Source: Eledone cirrhosa
Taxonomy: Eukaryota
DNA: 64,000 nucleotides
Direction: 5' to 3'
Assembly: GCA_964016885.1 (NCBI GenBank)
Contig: OZ024743.1
Coordinates: forward strand, 256,742,001-256,806,000
The notes under the pieces are model-generated. The model was not told the DNA's origin, did not search any database, and worked only from the letters and a program-made list of their open reading frames with translations. This document shows positions 30,719 through 44,360 of this stretch, in pieces (position 1 is the first letter of the stretch; each line of letters starts with the position of its first letter). Both the position numbers and the translations under genes were made by a program.

Positions 30719-31821
30719 CAAAGTGTGTCCCAAAAATAAAGGTACTGATGTTTTATTTAAATGTATATTAGACGTACATGAAAAGTTTTCTCCTTCAAAA
30801 TACGACTCTTAGAATGTCACACAGTGGTTCCAACAATTTTGCCATTGATCTTAGCAGTACTGAAAGTCATTTTCTGTGATTGTCCTTAACTCATCGGTTA
30901 TAATGTTTTCTATCTTTTCTACAGACCCAACATGATAACACTTAAAATTGGATTTCAACCTAGTGAAGATGTAAATATCACATGGAACTAGATCTGGGCT
31001 ATAATGAGGATATAGCAGAGTGAGAATGTTTTTCTTCACCAGAAATTCTCTAATTGAATCTTCTCTGTGAGCAGACACATTATCATGATGCAATAAGCAA
31101 TCTCCTGCAATGTTTTATAAGACTCACTGGATCTGCTCATGTGTGCTTTCTTTAGACAAGGAGAATTTTTAATGAGCCATTCTTCACTTTACCATTTTGC
31201 CTCTGGATCATATTTGAACACCCATAATTCATATCCTGTTATTACTTCATCCTAGAAATTTGGCTTAATTTTGAGTCTTTCTAGCAAATTTTGACAATAT
31301 CCAACCAATTCACAAACAAGTGTTTGGGCCTTAGTTTCCCATGTGCAAATGATCTGTTAAAATTCTGTGAACTGCATTTTTATGTAAGCCCATTTTTTCT
31401 GCAATCATGCTAACATGTAATTTGGTGAATTTTCGCCTTCACATTCTCGCACCAATTCTACATTATGTTCATTTTTTTGCCGAGAACCGTCTTCCAGAAC
31501 GAGGTTCATTTTCAAAATTTTCACTTTGAAAGAATTAAGCCATTTAAAAACTTTACTTCTCGATAAAGTGACATCTCCTTAAATTTGTGTTAAAGAATTA
31601 AATGTTTCAGTGGCAGACTTCTTGCATTTCATAAAATATTTGATTGCGTATCATTGTTCAATATTTTTCTGCATCACAAACGTAACAGAGGTTATAAACA
31701 CGTTTGTACATAAAATGCAATAACTCATGACTGACTCAAACGATCGTGTTGAAACAAGTATGTACATGCAATCATGATGTACATAAGAAAATTAGTACCC
31801 TTACTTTTGGAACAAACCCTG
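30719..31821 (-). mobile_element. Mariner (DD34D) transposon, decayed, with TIRs and TA target duplication
   Basis: TA|CAAAGTGTGTCCCAAAAATAAAGGTACTGAT vs ATTAGTACCCTTACTTTTGGAACAAACCCTG|TA; ORF 30851-31093 has HHDNVSAH and YSPDLVPCD. Confidence 0.88.
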
Positions 31822-32694
31822 TATGTATATTATACATAACTATATCATATAAGCCTGCATATACACCTCAATTAAAGCAGTCAAATAAAGGATACAAAAG
31901 AACTGTTAAATCAGACCAAGAAAGTTATGATTCCATTGGTCTTTTCATTGGTGATACTATTTGTCAAATTTACGCTTGATCCTTTATGGTGTTAATAAAA
32001 ATGTACGATTAAATGGGCAGTGAATTGGTGGAGTTGTTAAAATATCAGATGCAATGGTTTACAGTATCTGTTCCAGCTGTGTAATTTCTGAGTACAAATG
32101 TCTTGTCACTGGAAAGATGGTGATTCTTCTGTCAGGAGTTGTGACCAGCATATAGTATCAGCATTTAGAAAAAGCAATAGAAGGTAGAGTTTTCTTCATC
32201 TTATTTGATAATCATTTCTTCCTAGCCTTTCCACATATCATTTCAGAAAATATTAAAATTGAAATCAGAGTACAGGATACACTGTTGAATTACAAATTAT
32301 ATATCAGATATCAAATATATAAAATCTTTCTTTCATCTTCAAAAAAAATAAATATTATCTTTTATAGTTGAAAGTTCTAACATATTTGGTGTACTTTTTG
32401 AAGTAAATTTAGTTAACGAGGTAGAAAAAGAAGAACATCAACAAAACAACCTATGTGACCAGTTAATTATGCAATTAATGTGAATTTCATTACCGAGATG
32501 AAACTAAAACAAAGGGTACTCAGTGAAACAGTGAACCATGAAATAAAATTTAAATTACAAATTACATTTATATGGCAAACCTGACTACACGTTAGCCACC
32601 ATGAAAAATATCAAAGAAAATTCTCACTTTACGGATATATCTATGTGTGTGTAAAACAATTCTATGTATATATGTGTGATATCTATCTATCTAT

Positions 32695-32742
<48 letters not shown>

Positions 32743-32940
32743 GTGTGTGTATATATATATCATCATCATCATCATCATCGTTTAACGTCCATTTTCCACG
32801 CTAGCATGGTCTATATGTATATATATATATGTAAATATATACATGTATAAATATATATGTGTATATAATATATATGTATATATATATATGTAGATATATT
32901 TATAAATATAGATATGTATATGAATATATAATATATATAT

Positions 32941-33287
32941 ATCATCATCATCATCATCATCACCGTTTTACGTCCGTTCTTCCACGCTAGCATGGGTTAG
33001 ACGGGTTGTCCTGTTGTGGGCAGTGTCTGGTCGGCTGACCATGCCTTGCTCATACAGGAACTGATCTGGCTTGATTTCTACAGCTGGATGCCCTTCCTAA
33101 CACCAACCTCATTTACAGTGAGTGCTGGGTGCTTTTTCGTGGCGCCTACACGTCCACTTTACAGTGTGGGCTGGGTGCTTTTTTGCCGTGGCACCTCCAC
33201 GACCACCTTGCGGTGGGGGGGGGGGGGCATATTGTTTATATGCTTCAGCATGTACCCATGGGAGGTCGGGTACCCTGTATTACTGCG
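32941..33287 (-). mobile_element. Young RTE-tailed non-autonomous retroposon (copy 1)
   Basis: Tail GGACGTAAAACGG(TGA)n on the minus strand, like the RTE tail at 38970-39000; nearly identical to 39184-39530. Confidence 0.8.
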
Positions 33288-33307
33288 ATGGTTAAAAGAG
33301 TTCCAAG

Positions 33308-33378
33308 TATTTTATTATGCGCATTTCAAAAACAAATATCATCATGAGATGATATCTGCGTTTTCATCAGATAAAATA
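33308..33378 (-). ncRNA. Type I hammerhead ribozyme motif (best preserved)
   Basis: tattttat CTGATGA aaacgcagatatcatc-tcat-gatgatatttgttttt GAAA tgcgca TA ataaaata; 8 bp stem I, 15 of 16 pairs in stem II, palindromic ATGCGCAT stem III. Confidence 0.85.
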
Positions 33379-33529
33379 GGGATACATGTTATGAAGCTTA
33401 AAAAACACTCGTGAATAGTGAAGTTTTAAATCAATTATATTATTTATACTCCAGTCCTACAAACTGTAGAGTGCTACTTATCCGATATTTGCATTGCTTT
33501 ATTGTGCTACAATAAAACTCACCTCCTAC

Positions 33530-33560
<31 letters not shown>

Positions 33561-33664
33561 TATATAGATAGATAAATAGATTGATAGGTAGATAGATAGA
33601 TACATATATACATAATTGTTTCTACTTTTGGCACAAGGCCAGCTATATACATAATGCTATTACG

Positions 33665-34085
33665 TGTTCCAGCAGACAGATTGAAGCCATGCTGGGGCAC
33701 CATCATTAATACTACACTTTTTACAGCCAGCTTTCCTTGATGCAAAAAGGGGTTTCTTGCTGCCACTGTTACATGCACTTTGCTTCGTGCTGAAGGGTCA
33801 TTTAGGATCTCGGCCAGCAGAGTGTCTCTTGAAAACATCTATATGCTCACTGCATAGATCTTTCAGAAACTTGGTAGCTTATTAATAACCCAGGATCCCT
33901 TGCAGTATATGGTCCTTATTCTTGATGCGCCATATGGGACCTTTGACATTAAACAGTGATGTCCTGTTCATGGACTGCTCCTGCCTTCAATGCCCAAGTT
34001 TGGTTCTAATCTATCCAGGATCTTCCATACGTATTTCACTGTGTATCTCTTGTCTTTACCCCAGTTTTTTCAACAAAATATGGCA
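33665..34085 (-). mobile_element. CR1-type LINE 3' fragment
   Basis: Reverse-complement homology to 19284-19520, including the tail and the TTTTCAAGAGACA block. Confidence 0.65.
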
Positions 34086-34481
34086 AACATCAGAAGTTAG
34101 GAATTTAACAAAATCAAAAAAAATATTTATTTTAGTGTATATTCTGTTCATCCTTATGATGAGGAATTATTTAAGATGTCCCATGTTAAAGGCAAAAAAA
34201 ACATTTCAAGTGATTAATCATCATGATTGACTTTCCTTCTCTCAGATGAGGGTGAAGTGTGATCCCCCCACTAATTATATTTTTCTCCCTAAACTACCAT
34301 ATATGTGCTACAATTTATGTACATGTTCGCATATCACATTTTTTTATATCATAGTTGATATTTGATAATAACTACCAAACTAATCACTACAACTAAATTG
34401 ACCAAATTTGCGCCCCTCCCACCCCACCCCATTCAGCTATGATTCCACTGCCTCCGTACATGTATATATATATATATATAT

Positions 34482-34680
34482 CAATAAAGTTAATAAATGA
34501 AAACTATCTTTATAAAAGCATATTAATTTTATTATATATATTTCAAGGGTACCAACATTTTAGCATATTCTCATCAGATAAAATATAAAAGTATCCAAAA
34601 ACAAGAACTTATCGTTTTAAGTTCTGTTGAATAAATATGATTTTATAAAGATAGTTTCCATTTATTAATATTATTGATAT
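34482..34680. mobile_element. Fold-back PLE-terminus element
   Basis: 34482-34524 inverted vs ~34634-34678; abuts (TA)n. Confidence 0.65.
34527..34583 (-). ncRNA. Hammerhead ribozyme motif, stem II decayed
   Basis: ttttat CTGATGA ...25 nt... GAAA tatata TA ataaaa; core and stem I intact. Confidence 0.6.
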
Positions 34681-34778
34681 TATACTTGGGAGGAATTCTG
34701 TAGAGTGCTTCGAATCTGTTATAAATAAATTTGTTGAATAACCAACAATTTAAATAACTCCTTGCTTATATATATATA

Positions 34779-35240
34779 TCTATATATATAAAACTGAGGA
34801 TGCCTGTGTGTGTGTATGTGTGTGTATGCATGTGTGTGTGTGTGTGTATGTGAGTTTGATTCCATAAAACTCGAGAAGTACCCAACCGATTTTTAAAAAA
34901 CTTTACATGTGTATTACTTCTGTTTCAGGGAGTGTTATGCACATATAGTTTTCTCGTCTTCCTATTTATTTTCTATTATAAGTTGAGCCAACTTATGCAG
35001 CTTCATATGCAAATGAGATTAATCACCTCATTTACACAGACGAGAAAACTATATGTTCTCGGCTGTTTACAAGTCCAGCAGTCGCAGAGCAGTGGGAGGG
35101 ATCGTCCGGACGATGGCCAGTCAAGCCTGAAATGCATAGACGGTTGTCCCCCTTGCTGGACAACACCAGAGGGCGTTAGCCTCCCCCCCCCAGGGTTCGC
35201 ATAGCTACAACTTCCTAAAATCGTATTTCTTTCGAAATAC
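34779..35240 (+). mobile_element. Non-autonomous Helitron 5' fragment
   Basis: A|TCTATATATATAAAA start and CAACCGATTTTTAAAAAACTTTACA motif resembling 7068-7160; no 3' CTAG end found. Confidence 0.55.
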
Positions 35241-35293
35241 GAAATTTATATACATATTATATATATGTATGTATATATGTGTGTATGTGTGTG

Positions 35294-35336
<43 letters not shown>

Positions 35337-35337
35337 G

Positions 35338-36345
35338 TATGGTTTGGTTTTGTGCCTGGGAAAAGTACAACAGATACCCTCTTCCTAGTGAGACAACTGC
35401 AAGAGAGGTTCTTAGAGAAGAAGCCACTATACATAGCTTTTGTTGACCTAGAGAAGGCCTTTGATAGAGTACTCTGATTTGTCATCAGGTGGTCCCTAAG
35501 GAAACTAGATGTATAGGAATGGCTTATGAGGACAGTGCAAGTTATGTACAGAGGAGCTGTCAGTAAAGTATGAGTAGGAATGGAGTTTAATGACGAATTC
35601 CAGATATAAGTAGGGGTTCACCAGGGTTCACCAACTCTTATTCATTATAGTTCTTCAAGCCATAACAGAAGAGTTTAAGACTGGCTGCCCATGGGGACCT
35701 CTCTATGCAGACAATCTGGTACTTATAGCAGAATCAGTAGAGGAGCTAGAGAATAAATTCTGGCTGTGGAAACAGCAGTTGGAATCATGGGATCTGAGAG
35801 TGAACCTAGCAAATACTATAGTGTTGACAAGTAGGAAAGAGGACAAGACTCTGATTCCATCAGAGAAATGGCCATGCTCAACATGTAGAAAATATGTTGC
35901 ATAAACTCTGTAGAATATACACAATGCAGATCACAAGAGGTGTAGTGGGATAGCAGGCAAACTAACAGGAAAGGAAAACTTCAAATGTAGTAGATGTTCA
36001 GGGAAAATTGATAGTAGAAGTGTCAGTGATAAGCACATTTTTCAAATGCCGGTAGGATCTATAGAGGTGGTTGATATCTCCCGATATCTAGGTGATCAGA
36101 TTTGCAAGGGAGGATGATAATCCAAGGCCATAGTATCTAGAAGAAGAACAGGATGGAAGAAGTTTAGGAAGATGCTTCTTCTGTTGACAACGAAGGGTTT
36201 CTCTCTACAAACGAAAGGTCGGTTGTATGATGCCTGTGTGAGATGCACAATGCTGCATGGTAGTGAGACATGGATAGCAACTGCAGAGGATATGTAAAGG
36301 CTGGAAAGAAATGAAGTCAGCATGCTCCAATGGATGTACACATGC
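35338..36345 (+). mobile_element. RTE-clade LINE RT fragment, decayed
   Basis: FGFVPGKSTTDTLFLVRQLQE, AFVDLEKAFDRV, GVHQGS, LYADNL, KGRLYDACVRCTMLHGSETW. Confidence 0.88.
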
Positions 36346-36904
36346 ATATGTATACACAGGTTTATATTATATATCCTCACACATGCTTCCACACTGGCCA
36401 CCACATACTTATGCACGAGCCTAAATCCTATAACAATACTTTTAATGTTCTCATCCTTATTTTTACTTTTACTATTATTAATACCTTCAATCATTTTTGT
36501 TTAATCATTTTCTTAACATCAATCTCAAAGTTTGTAGCTGGAAATCATTCGGCCATTCTAGATAGATTATTAGTCTAAAGATTTGTCTCATAGCATAAAT
36601 GTTTTTTTCTTTGCTAGAAATTGTTCTTTTTGTTCTATATAATGACATAATTATCCTCACATATTTTTCATCTATCACCAGAGAATATCTTCACAAACCA
36701 AAGTATCATCTTCCTATTTTCCTCCGGTTATAATTTTTTTTGAAATACTTACTTCTTCAACTACAGATTAATTTTTTCTCAGTTTCAGAAAATCCTGTAA
36801 AAGGGTGAAAGAAACGATTTCTTACTTAAACTTCAATCTATAATAATAATAAATACATTTGATGAGTTGTAGTTCAACTGAGCATTGTACACAATAATTT
36901 CATA

Positions 36905-36978
36905 ATTTCATAATTATTATATATATGTATGTATATATATATAGATATAATATATATATAATATATATATATATATAA

Positions 36979-37009
<31 letters not shown>

Positions 37010-37041
37010 GATATAATATATATATATAATATATACATAAT

Positions 37042-37075
<34 letters not shown>

Positions 37076-37117
37076 GTATGTATATATTGATATAATATAT
37101 ATTGATATAATATATAT

Positions 37118-37151
<34 letters not shown>

Positions 37152-37189
37152 CGTATGTATATATATATATATAATATATATAATATATA

Positions 37190-37237
<48 letters not shown>
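36905..37237. repeat. Degenerate (TA)n block
   Basis: Directly visible. Confidence 0.95.
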
Positions 37238-37238
<1 letters not shown>

Positions 37239-37749
37239 GCATCTTTCCTGCTTGTTTGGAACAGTAAAGTTCCTAAATTCCTAACCAACTCTTCAAGACC
37301 TTTTCATTCCCATCTTCAGGTTTATGTGATTCTCCTGTGTGTTACTATTTGTTTATAGTAGGCCAGTCCAATATATACAGTGGAGTTTTTACTCTAGAAT
37401 TTGAATTTTGACCATTAGATTTTTGTTATCATTTAGGTATATATTTTTGTTCACAACTATGTATGCTATATGTGTGTTTATTTTATCATTGTGCTGTGCT
37501 ATGGGTATGGGTTCCTCCATTAATCACTTATTTTGGGGGGCAATATGGATGATTTGTTCATCAAAATTTTCCTATCTAGTGTGTTTTTGTGTTCTGTGTA
37601 AAGTGCATTTCATTCTCCTGTTATTGTAGTGGATGAATGCAAACAATGCAAGGAATCACTAATTTAATTGGTAATTCTATAACATATACGTTGATGGCAC
37701 CAGCATTTAAAATTTTTATATATATAAATATATAACTTCACTTTTGCTT

Positions 37750-38325
37750 TTACATTCATTTTCCCATGCTCACATGGGTTGGATGGGTCCTTTTCAGCAC
37801 AGCATCTCTCCACTCGCCATCTTAATATGTCATCTCCTAAATGAGTTTCAGTGATTTGAAATCAGCTCTACCCAACCCTGCCCAGGTCTTCTTTGGGATT
37901 TTCTGGTATTTCTTCACCCAGCAATCATCTAAGCACTTCACAATTCTGTACCAATGCAGTCTTCTCTCTTGCCCACCACTTTGGATTCCTCTTAAATATT
38001 GTTTCGCCCTCAGTACATACAAGATCTGTTTTTCTCTCACATTTACATTGCACACCCAATGAAGTATGGTTGCTTCATTTCTCTCTAGCCTATGCATGTT
38101 CTCTACAGTCACTGCCCATGTTTCACTAACATGCAGCATGGCGCTTTACACTTGTGTCATACAGCTGGTCTTTTGTATGTAGGGAGAAACCTTTTGATGT
38201 TAGCACTGGGAGCAGTTCTCTAATCTTCTCCCACCCTGTCCTTATTCTAGCTATTATTAATGCTCTCAGAGCACCCTCCTCCACAGCTAATTAAGTCACC
38301 TAGATAGCAGAAGCTATGGATACTT
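37750..38325 (-). mobile_element. RTE-clade LINE 3' fragment
   Basis: ORF 37837-38139: MLHVSETWAV..LERNE..RRLHWY..PKKTW. Confidence 0.8.
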
Positions 38326-38344
38326 CATGTTAATATATATATAT

Positions 38345-39000
38345 ATAAAATTAGAAATAAGAGGGATCAGATGTTGTTTAATCGAGAGAAGACTATGTTG
38401 GTATGGTCACGTGATGCGCATGAAAGACGACAGCTGTATAAAAAAGTGCAGGGCAAGAAAAATAGACGGTAGCCACGGAGTAGGCAGACCCAGAAAAACC
38501 TGGGACGAGCTGATAAACTCCGACCTCACACACTTACACCTCTCCAAGACAATGTCACTGGACCGAGATCTTTGGCGCTACACAGTAATAAAGAATACCC
38601 GCCTTACCTAAGTACAAAGTGAAACCTACTACCAAAAGTGAGTAGGCACCTCTAACAAAAATACACCCCCGTCCCACTACCCCCACCCCATCCACACCAT
38701 CCCCTTAAATGTGAAGTTATGTTGGTACCACAACATCCAGTCCGAAACAAATGAAGTTGTGTAGGTGTCACGACAAAAAAACACACAGTCCACGCTGTAA
38801 TGTGGCCGTGTAGGTAACACGGTAAAAACCTCCCAGTCCACACTATAAACGTGGTTGGTGCTAGGAAGGCATCCAGCCATAGAAAACCCGCCAGACAGTC
38901 CTATGCGAGCAAGACAACCACTCTTGCCTCAAGTGGGAAAACTCCCATCCAAACCCATGCAAGTGTGGAAGATGGACATTAAACGATGATGGTGATGATG
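38345..39000 (+). mobile_element. RTE-clade LINE 3' end with UTR and (GAT)n tail
   Basis: RRLCWYGHVMRM..GRPRKTW..DRDLWR; tail GGACATTAAACGATGATGGTGATGATG. Confidence 0.85.
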
Positions 39001-39085
39001 TTATATATATATATGTATATATATATATATAAATATAATAATAATAGTAATAAAGGAAACATATATACTTTATATCATCTCTATT

Positions 39086-39163
39086 TATTTCATTATATAT
39101 ATTTCAAGGATGCAAAGTTTTATGTATAACATAAACTAGAACATGTCCTCTTCAGACAAAATA
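39086..39163 (-). ncRNA. Hammerhead ribozyme motif, partly decayed
   Basis: tattttgt CTGAAGA ... GAAA tatata TA atgaaata; 8 bp stem I with two GU pairs, stem II register imperfect. Confidence 0.6.
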
Positions 39164-39183
39164 CATATATCTTTTTTCATTGA

Positions 39184-39530
39184 TTCATCATCATCATCAT
39201 CATCACCGTTTTACGTCCGTTCTTCCACGCTAGCATGGGTTAGACGGGTTGTCCTGTTGTGGGCAGTGTCTGGTCGGCTGACCATGCCTTGCTCATACAG
39301 GAACTGATCTGGCTTGATTTCTACAGCTGGATGCCCTTCCTAACACCAACCTCATTTACAGTGAGTGCTGGGTGCTTTTTCGTGGCGCCTACACGTCCAC
39401 TTTACAGTGTGGGCTGGGTGCTTTTTTGCCGTGGCACCTCCACGACCACCTTGCGGGGGGGGGGGGGGGGGCATATTGTTTATATGCTTCAGCATGTACC
39501 CATAGGAGGTCGGGTACCCTGTATTACTGC
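39184..39530 (-). mobile_element. Young RTE-tailed non-autonomous retroposon (copy 2)
   Basis: Near-identical to 32941-33287 (ORFs at 33016 and 39259 translate identically for about 65 aa). Confidence 0.8.
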
Positions 39531-39594
39531 GTGACGCCAGAAGTCACGGTTTATAAATGAATATATATATATATATACACACACGCACATACAC

Positions 39595-39627
<33 letters not shown>

Positions 39628-39949
39628 TATACACATTAATTTAAAAAGCTACCTGTCTCTAATACTTAGACATCTCCATGATTTTGGCTTAAGTTTAATA
39701 TATATATGAACATATAGATAGCTATTCTTTCCTTTTATTATTTTGCTAGTTGCAATCATTAAACTCCAGCCATTGCAGTGTCACTGTGTTGATTTAATTG
39801 AACGTATCAATCCAATAAGGTATGTTATCTAACCCTTTTTACTGAACTAAGTTATAAGACATAAACACAGACACAAATGTATACATACACACACATGCAT
39901 ACATTTATACTACGGGCCTTTAAAATGTCTGTCAAACAAACTCCACTAA

Positions 39950-40062
39950 CAGGGTATTAGTAAAACTAAGGCTACAGTAAAAGACACTGGCCTAAAGTGT
40001 GATGCAGTGGGATTGAACCTGAAACCATTTGGTTGCTAATTGAATCCCTTTAGCACACAGCT
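39950..40062 (-). mobile_element. tRNA-derived CORE-like SINE head (diverged plus-strand relative at ~41925-42060)
   Basis: Minus strand GGTTCAATCCC B box followed by TTAGGCCAGTGTCTTTTAC. Confidence 0.55.
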
Positions 40063-43039
40063 TTCCTTCCCTCAATATGTATTGGTATATTTACCATTTT
40101 ATATCTGCTTTTCATGATGGAAAGTGTTGGATTGGTTATCACTGACTAAGACTAGACACATGTGAGAGACATCATCTGATTTCTATGTTTCATATTTGGC
40201 ATGGTTTCTACAGCTAGATGCTCTGCTAACGACAACCACTTTACAGCATGTACAGGGTGCATTTTATAGTGGCACCAGCACTACACTTTACAGACTGTAC
40301 TGGGTGTATTTTATCTTGGTACCAGCACTAAACATTTACAGAGTGTACTGTGAGCATTTTATTATAACACCAGTACTAGAGAGGTTGTCATATACTTAGC
40401 TACCCTGCAGAGCCAATGCTACCCTATGTTTTCTCCATTCAACCACCTACTACTTTACTGAGTTTATAAACAAAACAAAATTATTTCAAAGTTCACCCTG
40501 ACCAGACTATCACCAATTTTAAGCACCAAAAATTCAGTAAAGAATATGAGAAATCAAAGTAGACAGAATAATTCATTATGACTTTTTCTCCAAAATTATG
40601 AAAAGAAAAAAAATTTAAATAATAGAACGAAAGTTCAGAAAGCAGAAATTCACTTTTAGCATCACTAATCAATGATTACCAAAAATATTTTTTATGAATG
40701 AAAGAATGTTGCAAAGAACAATAGCAACACAGATATTCATTTATCATTATTATTATTATTATTACTATCATCATCATCATTATTTGTGTTTGTTGTTGTT
40801 CTTTTCTCTAGCTCGCCATTCTTCAATATAAATACTATTTCAATTCTCTATCAATTTACTTTGTCATCATTACATTATTCCAGCTCTCAAAGTCTTCATT
40901 ATGTTTCCATCACAAAATGATTGATAAACAAACCAAATCAATATTCATATTTATATATTTATTTATTTACTTATTTTGCAATCGTTTTTGTTTACTTATT
41001 GATGTTAATGGAGGACAGTAAGTGGGAGATGTTACCAAAAAATAAAAATAAAAAAAGGAAATATAAAACCTAAGACACTAAATAAAAAAATATTCATAAA
41101 ACAACAAAACTCTTTGAGAATTCATTCCTGAATATTTATCATACTATTTATAACTTTTGTCTGTTATCGATGAGGTGTTGTTCCATTTTTGGTGTTTTGC
41201 CTCAACAATGTTCCCCCAAACTCTTAGCCCATCTGTAGTAACAGCAGGTACACAAAGAACTGTAAGCAAACACATATATTGCGAAATAACTTCAATAAAA
41301 ATTTGCAAATGCCATTTGCATATTCACACATATGTATCAAATCATGTTACTATGATGTTTTCGAAGGTTTTTCAAACAGGTTCGACATAAAGCTCACAAA
41401 CGTGATTTGCATATTCTCTATTCCATCACATATATTTGTCAAATCGGTTTACTACCATGTTTCCTAAGGTTTTAGGGATGTGGTATAAAAATACAATATA
41501 TTCACACACACACACGTGTGTGTATGTGTGTAAGAGAGTCTACATTTATGTATATATGTGAACGAATATATTATCTTTATGGACATCTTACAATATCCTT
41601 AGTTCTTTTAGTTTTTTTCCCCCACTGTTTCCTTCAAAACTATGCACAACATTTCAAACTGTTGATTTTTCTTTTTTCCTCCTTCAACTATAAAACAGCA
41701 TTTTTAAACTGTGCAATAATACGGAAATAAAAATTATTATAATCTTTGAAATAATAATCTCCATGATCAATATCACACATGCTTAGAATGTCGAAAATAT
41801 ACACAGGCAAACATATATATGTGTATGTTACAATTGAACACTTGGAACAACTCCTCAACATTATTCTAATAGAACAAAAACGTTATAGAACATATGTTGG
41901 TAAAGTCAATGTAAGATAGATTTGGCTATGTCAATAAGAAGTTTGCTCTGCAACTGTGTTGTTCCAGGTTCAATACAGCTACACAGTATTATGGGAAAGT
42001 GTCTTTTCCCATAGTTATGGAGTGATTAATACCATGTATTTAGTAGGCAGAAATTGTGCAATATATATACAGTATTAGTATGAGTTACTCTGATCAGAAT
42101 CATAGTTTAGAGTGAAATAATTGGGAACAGCTGCTCCTCATCTCCAAACAAACATCATACTGTATTTGTCTTCATTAACTCTTCATGCCCTGTACCACAT
42201 GAGACTGCATATGCAAGACCTTCTTGAAAAGTACAAAATAGCACTATGAGTACATCACATTAAGAATTGAGGTCCATATACTAATACTGCAAACTTTCAC
42301 AAAGATCTCTCTTCTAGTAAACATTTAGATTAACAAACCATATGGAATTATAATAACAAGACATTCTTGGAAAGTATAAAAAACTATAACTGCATCATGT
42401 TAAAACCTAGTTTTAACTCCAAAATTGCAAATATTCAAAACTATCAGTCCACCAGTAAATATATCATAAACATTTAAATCAACAAACCTTACCAAGCCCC
42501 ATTAACTCTAATCCTGCAAATTTTCACGTTGATCTGTTCATATTAAAATTTAAGAAGTCCGGTTTGTACTAAATCATTACAGGATGTTAACAGTTAAGCT
42601 TCTTAAAGCTTTTGGTACCATCCTGGCCAAAACCTGCTCTGATTCTATGAAATAAAACCATATATTTTAAAGGGTTCCTATTTAAATTAAAATCATTCAA
42701 TATAATTTGATATGAGAACCATATTAATACCTTTGTAATGAAATAATTAATAATTTTAGTATTTCTCTCAAAATTCCTCATTTATTAACATAAATAATGT
42801 GTATTGCATCAGGAATACAGTCACTAAAGGGATAATTCAACAATGAAGTAATCCTTGATTTGCAGACAGTATACTTCATATTCCTTCACAGTTGCTAACA
42901 ACAACCATTAATTTTTTTGTTTCCCTTCTCTAAGAACACCTTTAATCCTAGTTTGATTAAGGCTGTCCTACAACCAAGATAACTATAACAATAACTACAA
43001 CAGTAACAACAACAACAACAAAATGACTACAGTAATGAT

Positions 43040-43410
43040 TTTTAATTTAGAAACAAGGTCAGCAATTTTGGTAGGAGTGAAAAGTTAATTATATTGGCCC
43101 AAGTACTTGATTGTGGTACTTTTATTAATTTTGACATGATGAAAGGTAAGTTTGAACTCAGAATGTATGAAGCCATAACTAAATGAGATAAAACATTTTG
43201 TGCAATCCTTTAACAGTTAGGCCATAATTGTTTCTACTTTAGGCACAAGGCCAGCAATTACCAGTACATTACTGGTACTTTATTTTATCGACCCCGTAAG
43301 GATGAAAGGCAAAGTTAACCTCGGCAGGATTTGAACTCAGACTGTAAAGGGATGTAACTATGCTAGAAAACATAGCGTCCAACCCTCTACCGATACTGCC
43401 AATTCACCAC
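43040..43410 (-). mobile_element. Two tandem tRNA-derived SINE copies
   Basis: 43226-43410 closely matches 3161-3345; 43040-43225 is an older copy. Confidence 0.8.
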
Positions 43411-43719
43411 TAGAATGGTTCATGGAAATTCCATGTGTTGTACATTTTCTCATTTCTAATTTAAGAACTAAATCTAAATGATTTAACTTAACACCGTTTC
43501 TTTATGATATATAGTATGATTATGTCATCAATTTCATTCCGTATTTAAGGTTGTTTATCCCTTACGTACCGTATTTCTAATGAAATAGATTGTATTTAAA
43601 ATATTTATTAAAGAATTTGGAGGGATTTACAAAATTTGTTAATTATTTTATTATTACATATATTATTATTATCATTATTATGAATGTTTTATATAAAGAA
43701 ATTGGAATTGTTGTCCAAG

Positions 43720-44092
43720 GACCTTTCTGATTATTCCTGCTTTACACAATATGGCAGACTTTTGGATCAATGTGTTGTTTTTCCTATGTATTTCAGAAAT
43801 CGTTCAATTCTGTTGGTAACAATCCCTAATGTACCAAAAATGATAGTGGTTACATTTGTGGAAACATTTCACAATCTCCTTACCTCCATAGCAAGATCCT
43901 GGAACTTTTCGATCTTTCCCTGCTCCTTGGTGGTCATGTTCATGGCAACAATTATCCTTTTCATTTGAAATAACTATGTCGGGCATCTAGCCTGCGCTTT
44001 GCAGTCTGCCTGGTTTGTGAAATCCAAAATTACTTTCAACCTGTCATATTCAATAAAACTCTGCCCTTGGTGTTGATACCATTTTGTCACAA
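43720..44092 (-). mobile_element. R4/Dong-type LINE REL-endonuclease fragment
   Basis: KWYQHQ..IEYDRLKVILDFT..AR.PDIVI..VTTIIFGTLGIV pattern. Confidence 0.65.
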
Positions 44093-44132
44093 GATGTATC
44101 TATTTATTATCCTTATTATTATCATTATTATT

Positions 44133-44360
44133 GAGGGTAGTGGACTTGCTGTATCAGTAGAGGTGTCCGATAAAATGCTAACATTTAGTTAGCATTTAGT
44201 TACGATTTGTATGTTCTGAGTTCAAATCCCCCACAGTCAACTTTGCCTTTTGTCCTTATGGAGTCGATGAAATAAAGTACAAGTAACACACTAGGATCGA
44301 TTTAATCGACTTTCCCCTCCTCCAAAATTGTTGGACTTGTGCCTAAATAAGAAACCATTA
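44133..44360 (+). mobile_element. tRNA-derived SINE
   Basis: GAGTTCAAATCC B box and the shared core. Confidence 0.8.
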
